Shown here piece after piece: positions 62,775 to 64,000 of a DNA stretch of 64,000 bases. The first letter of the stretch is position 1, and the number at the start of each line of letters is the position of its first letter. Origin of the DNA: an uncultured Candidatus Saccharibacteria bacterium (GTDB lineage: Bacteria > Patescibacteriota > Minisyncoccia > Phycocordibacterales > UBA918); assembly GCA_964350645.1 (NCBI GenBank), contig CAYGJY010000002.1, positions 33,538 through 97,537 on the forward strand, written 5' to 3'. Below the pieces are notes generated by a model. It made no database searches, had not been told where the DNA came from, and saw only the letters and a program-made list of their open reading frames with translations. A program made the translations under genes and the position numbers.

Positions 62775-64000
62775 ATGACGCACTTTGATGATACCTTCGG
62801 AGATGATCGCTTAGCGGAACTCCGTCGCAAAGAAGAAGAAACACTCATCCAGCAACTCTCAGTTCAGTACGGGATTCCCTTTGTCGACCTGCAGGGCATC
62901 ACTATCAATCCATCGGCGCTCCAAAAACTCAGTGAAGAAAAAGCTCGCGAGGCTAAGTGCGCTCCCTTTGAACTCCAAAATAAAAAACTCTCTGTTGCTA
63001 TCCGTAACCCCAACAACCCTAACACCAAAGTTGTCTTGACTGAGTTGGCAGCCAATGGCTTTACCCTCAATGTCTTCATGACCTCAACGGTCAGTCTCGA
63101 ACATGCCTGGAAACGTTACAAAGATCAGAAGGATACGGTGGCCGTTAAAAAAGGCGTTCTCGATATCGATCCAGACGAAATCATTCGTCTCATGAAACGA
63201 TTTGTGAATGTTGAAAATGTTTCCGAGCACATCTTAGAAATTCGCACCCTTAATTCTGCTCGCCGCGTATCAGCTACTCTTGAAGCTGCCTTTGCTGGTG
63301 CTCTTGCCCTTGGTGCCTCTGACATCCATATCGAACCAGAAGAAACCGCTGTCCGCATGCGCTACCGTCTTGATGGTGTTTTACACGACGTCATTGACCT
63401 TGATCGCACTATTTATGAACGACTCATCTCACGCCTCAAACTACTCTCTGGCGTTGTACTCAACATACACAACCAAGCCCAAGACGGTCGTTTTACCTTC
63501 GACGTCGGTGAACGTGATGTTGAAGTGCGTTCCTCAATTATTCCCGGTGCTTCTGGTGAATCAATGGTAATGCGGCTCCTCGATCCATCCGTGGCCAGTT
63601 TCTCAATGGACAGTCTTGGTTTAAATGAAACGGTCAGCAAGATCATGGAACACGAACTGACAAAACCAAACGGCATGATCATAACCACAGGACCAACTGG
63701 CTCCGGTAAGACCACTGCGCTTTACGCTTTTCTACAAAAAGTACACACCGAAGGCACTAAGATCATCACGCTCGAAAACCCGGTTGAATATAAACTCGAA
63801 GGAATCGTCCAAACCCAAATTGGTGAGGACTACACCTTTTCTTCTGGACTGCGTTCGATCCTCCGCCAAGACCCTGATGTGATTATGGTAGGTGAAATTC
63901 GAGATCGTGAAGTAGCTGAAACGGCCGTGCATGCTGCCCAGACCGGACACTTAGTGTTCTCAACTCTTCATACCAATAGTGCCGTAGGAGCCTTCCCTCG
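62775..64000 (+). CDS. pilB: type IV pilus assembly ATPase PilB / GspE family (N-terminal part; runs off the window end)
   Basis: GSPII_E N-domain (GIPFVDLQ...LSVAIRNP), Walker A GPTGSGKTT, and VGEIRD/Asp-box motifs. Confidence 0.85.
   Translation, partial: MTHFDDTFGDDRLAELRRKEEETLIQQLSVQYGIPFVDLQGITINPSALQKLSEEKAREAKCAPFELQNKKLSVAIRNPNNPNTKVVLTELAANGFTLNVFMTSTVSLEHAWKRYKDQKDTVAVKKGVLDIDPDEIIRLMKRFVNVENVSEHILEIRTLNSARRVSATLEAAFAGALALGASDIHIEPEETAVRMRYRLDGVLHDVIDLDRTIYERLISRLKLLSGVVLNIHNQAQDGRFTFDVGERDVEVRSSIIPGASGESMVMRLLDPSVASFSMDSLGLNETVSKIMEHELTKPNGMIITTGPTGSGKTTALYAFLQKVHTEGTKIITLENPVEYKLEGIVQTQIGEDYTFSSGLRSILRQDPDVIMVGEIRDREVAETAVHAAQTGHLVFSTLHTNSAVGAFP

Noticed and set aside
1-64000. 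CRISPR arrays, restriction-modification, toxin-antitoxin or other canonical defence systems; integrases or transposases
   Set aside because: None recognised. The only repeats are short intergenic elements near tRNA-His and hairpin terminators.

Overview
This 64 kb window is densely coded on both strands and looks like a chromosomal segment of a small-genome bacterium. It has no rRNA, CRISPR array, integrase or transposase. Compact overlapping genes, tRNAs that mostly lack an encoded CCA, PilM/N/O separated from PilB, and an L19 with a low-complexity tail are reminiscent of CPR/Patescibacteria-like lineages, but that is inference only. GC looks moderate by eye and was not computed.

Main content:
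- A tight thymidylate/folate supra-operon at 1-7132. On the minus strand: glyA (partial), MazG-like NTPase, tmk and dCMP deaminase. On the plus strand: a ThyA-family enzyme, dcd and folA. On the minus strand again: folP, a FolC2(CofE-like)::FolK fusion, and folB.
- rplK-nusG-secE.
- A SIMPL-domain protein and a metzincin-like protease.
- Class Ia ribonucleotide reductase nrdB-nrdA, with a long structured leader and a structured spacer.
- mscL and a YibE/F membrane protein.
- Three NUDIX hydrolases and two MazG-like genes.
- Seven tRNAs: His, Leu, Val, Arg-TCT, Ser, Arg-GCG and Lys.
- A repeat-rich segment holding a P-loop kinase, a GNAT and rsgA.
- A metal/heme/redox membrane block: DUF305, SOUL plus TspO, CcdA::DUF3179, a membrane thioredoxin, a PQQ-type sugar dehydrogenase and an MBL hydrolase.
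- A frameshifted GH3 glycosidase.
- SPFH, a photolyase-related protein, gdhA, IMPase, rplS, rluA and acyP.
- A GC-rich non-coding island between tRNA-Val and tRNA-Arg.
- The type IV pilus genes pilM/N/O plus a distant, partial pilB.
- yqgF, an ALDH, rpsT, ruvA, a Mur ligase, a SpoU methyltransferase, DoxX, a 2-hydroxyacid dehydrogenase, YfiH, a voltage-gated-type ion channel, an ABC exporter, holA-like, polA and tsaE.
- Many perfect GC-rich hairpin terminators.

The most interesting observations are:
- The ThyA homologue carries Asp at the base-specificity position, where canonical thymidylate synthases have an invariant Asn. It sits inside a phage-like nucleotide-metabolism module.
- A CofE-like::HPPK fusion.
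- An unclassified structured-RNA island.
- A G24/C17 homopolymer palindrome that probably marks an assembly artefact just upstream of pilB.
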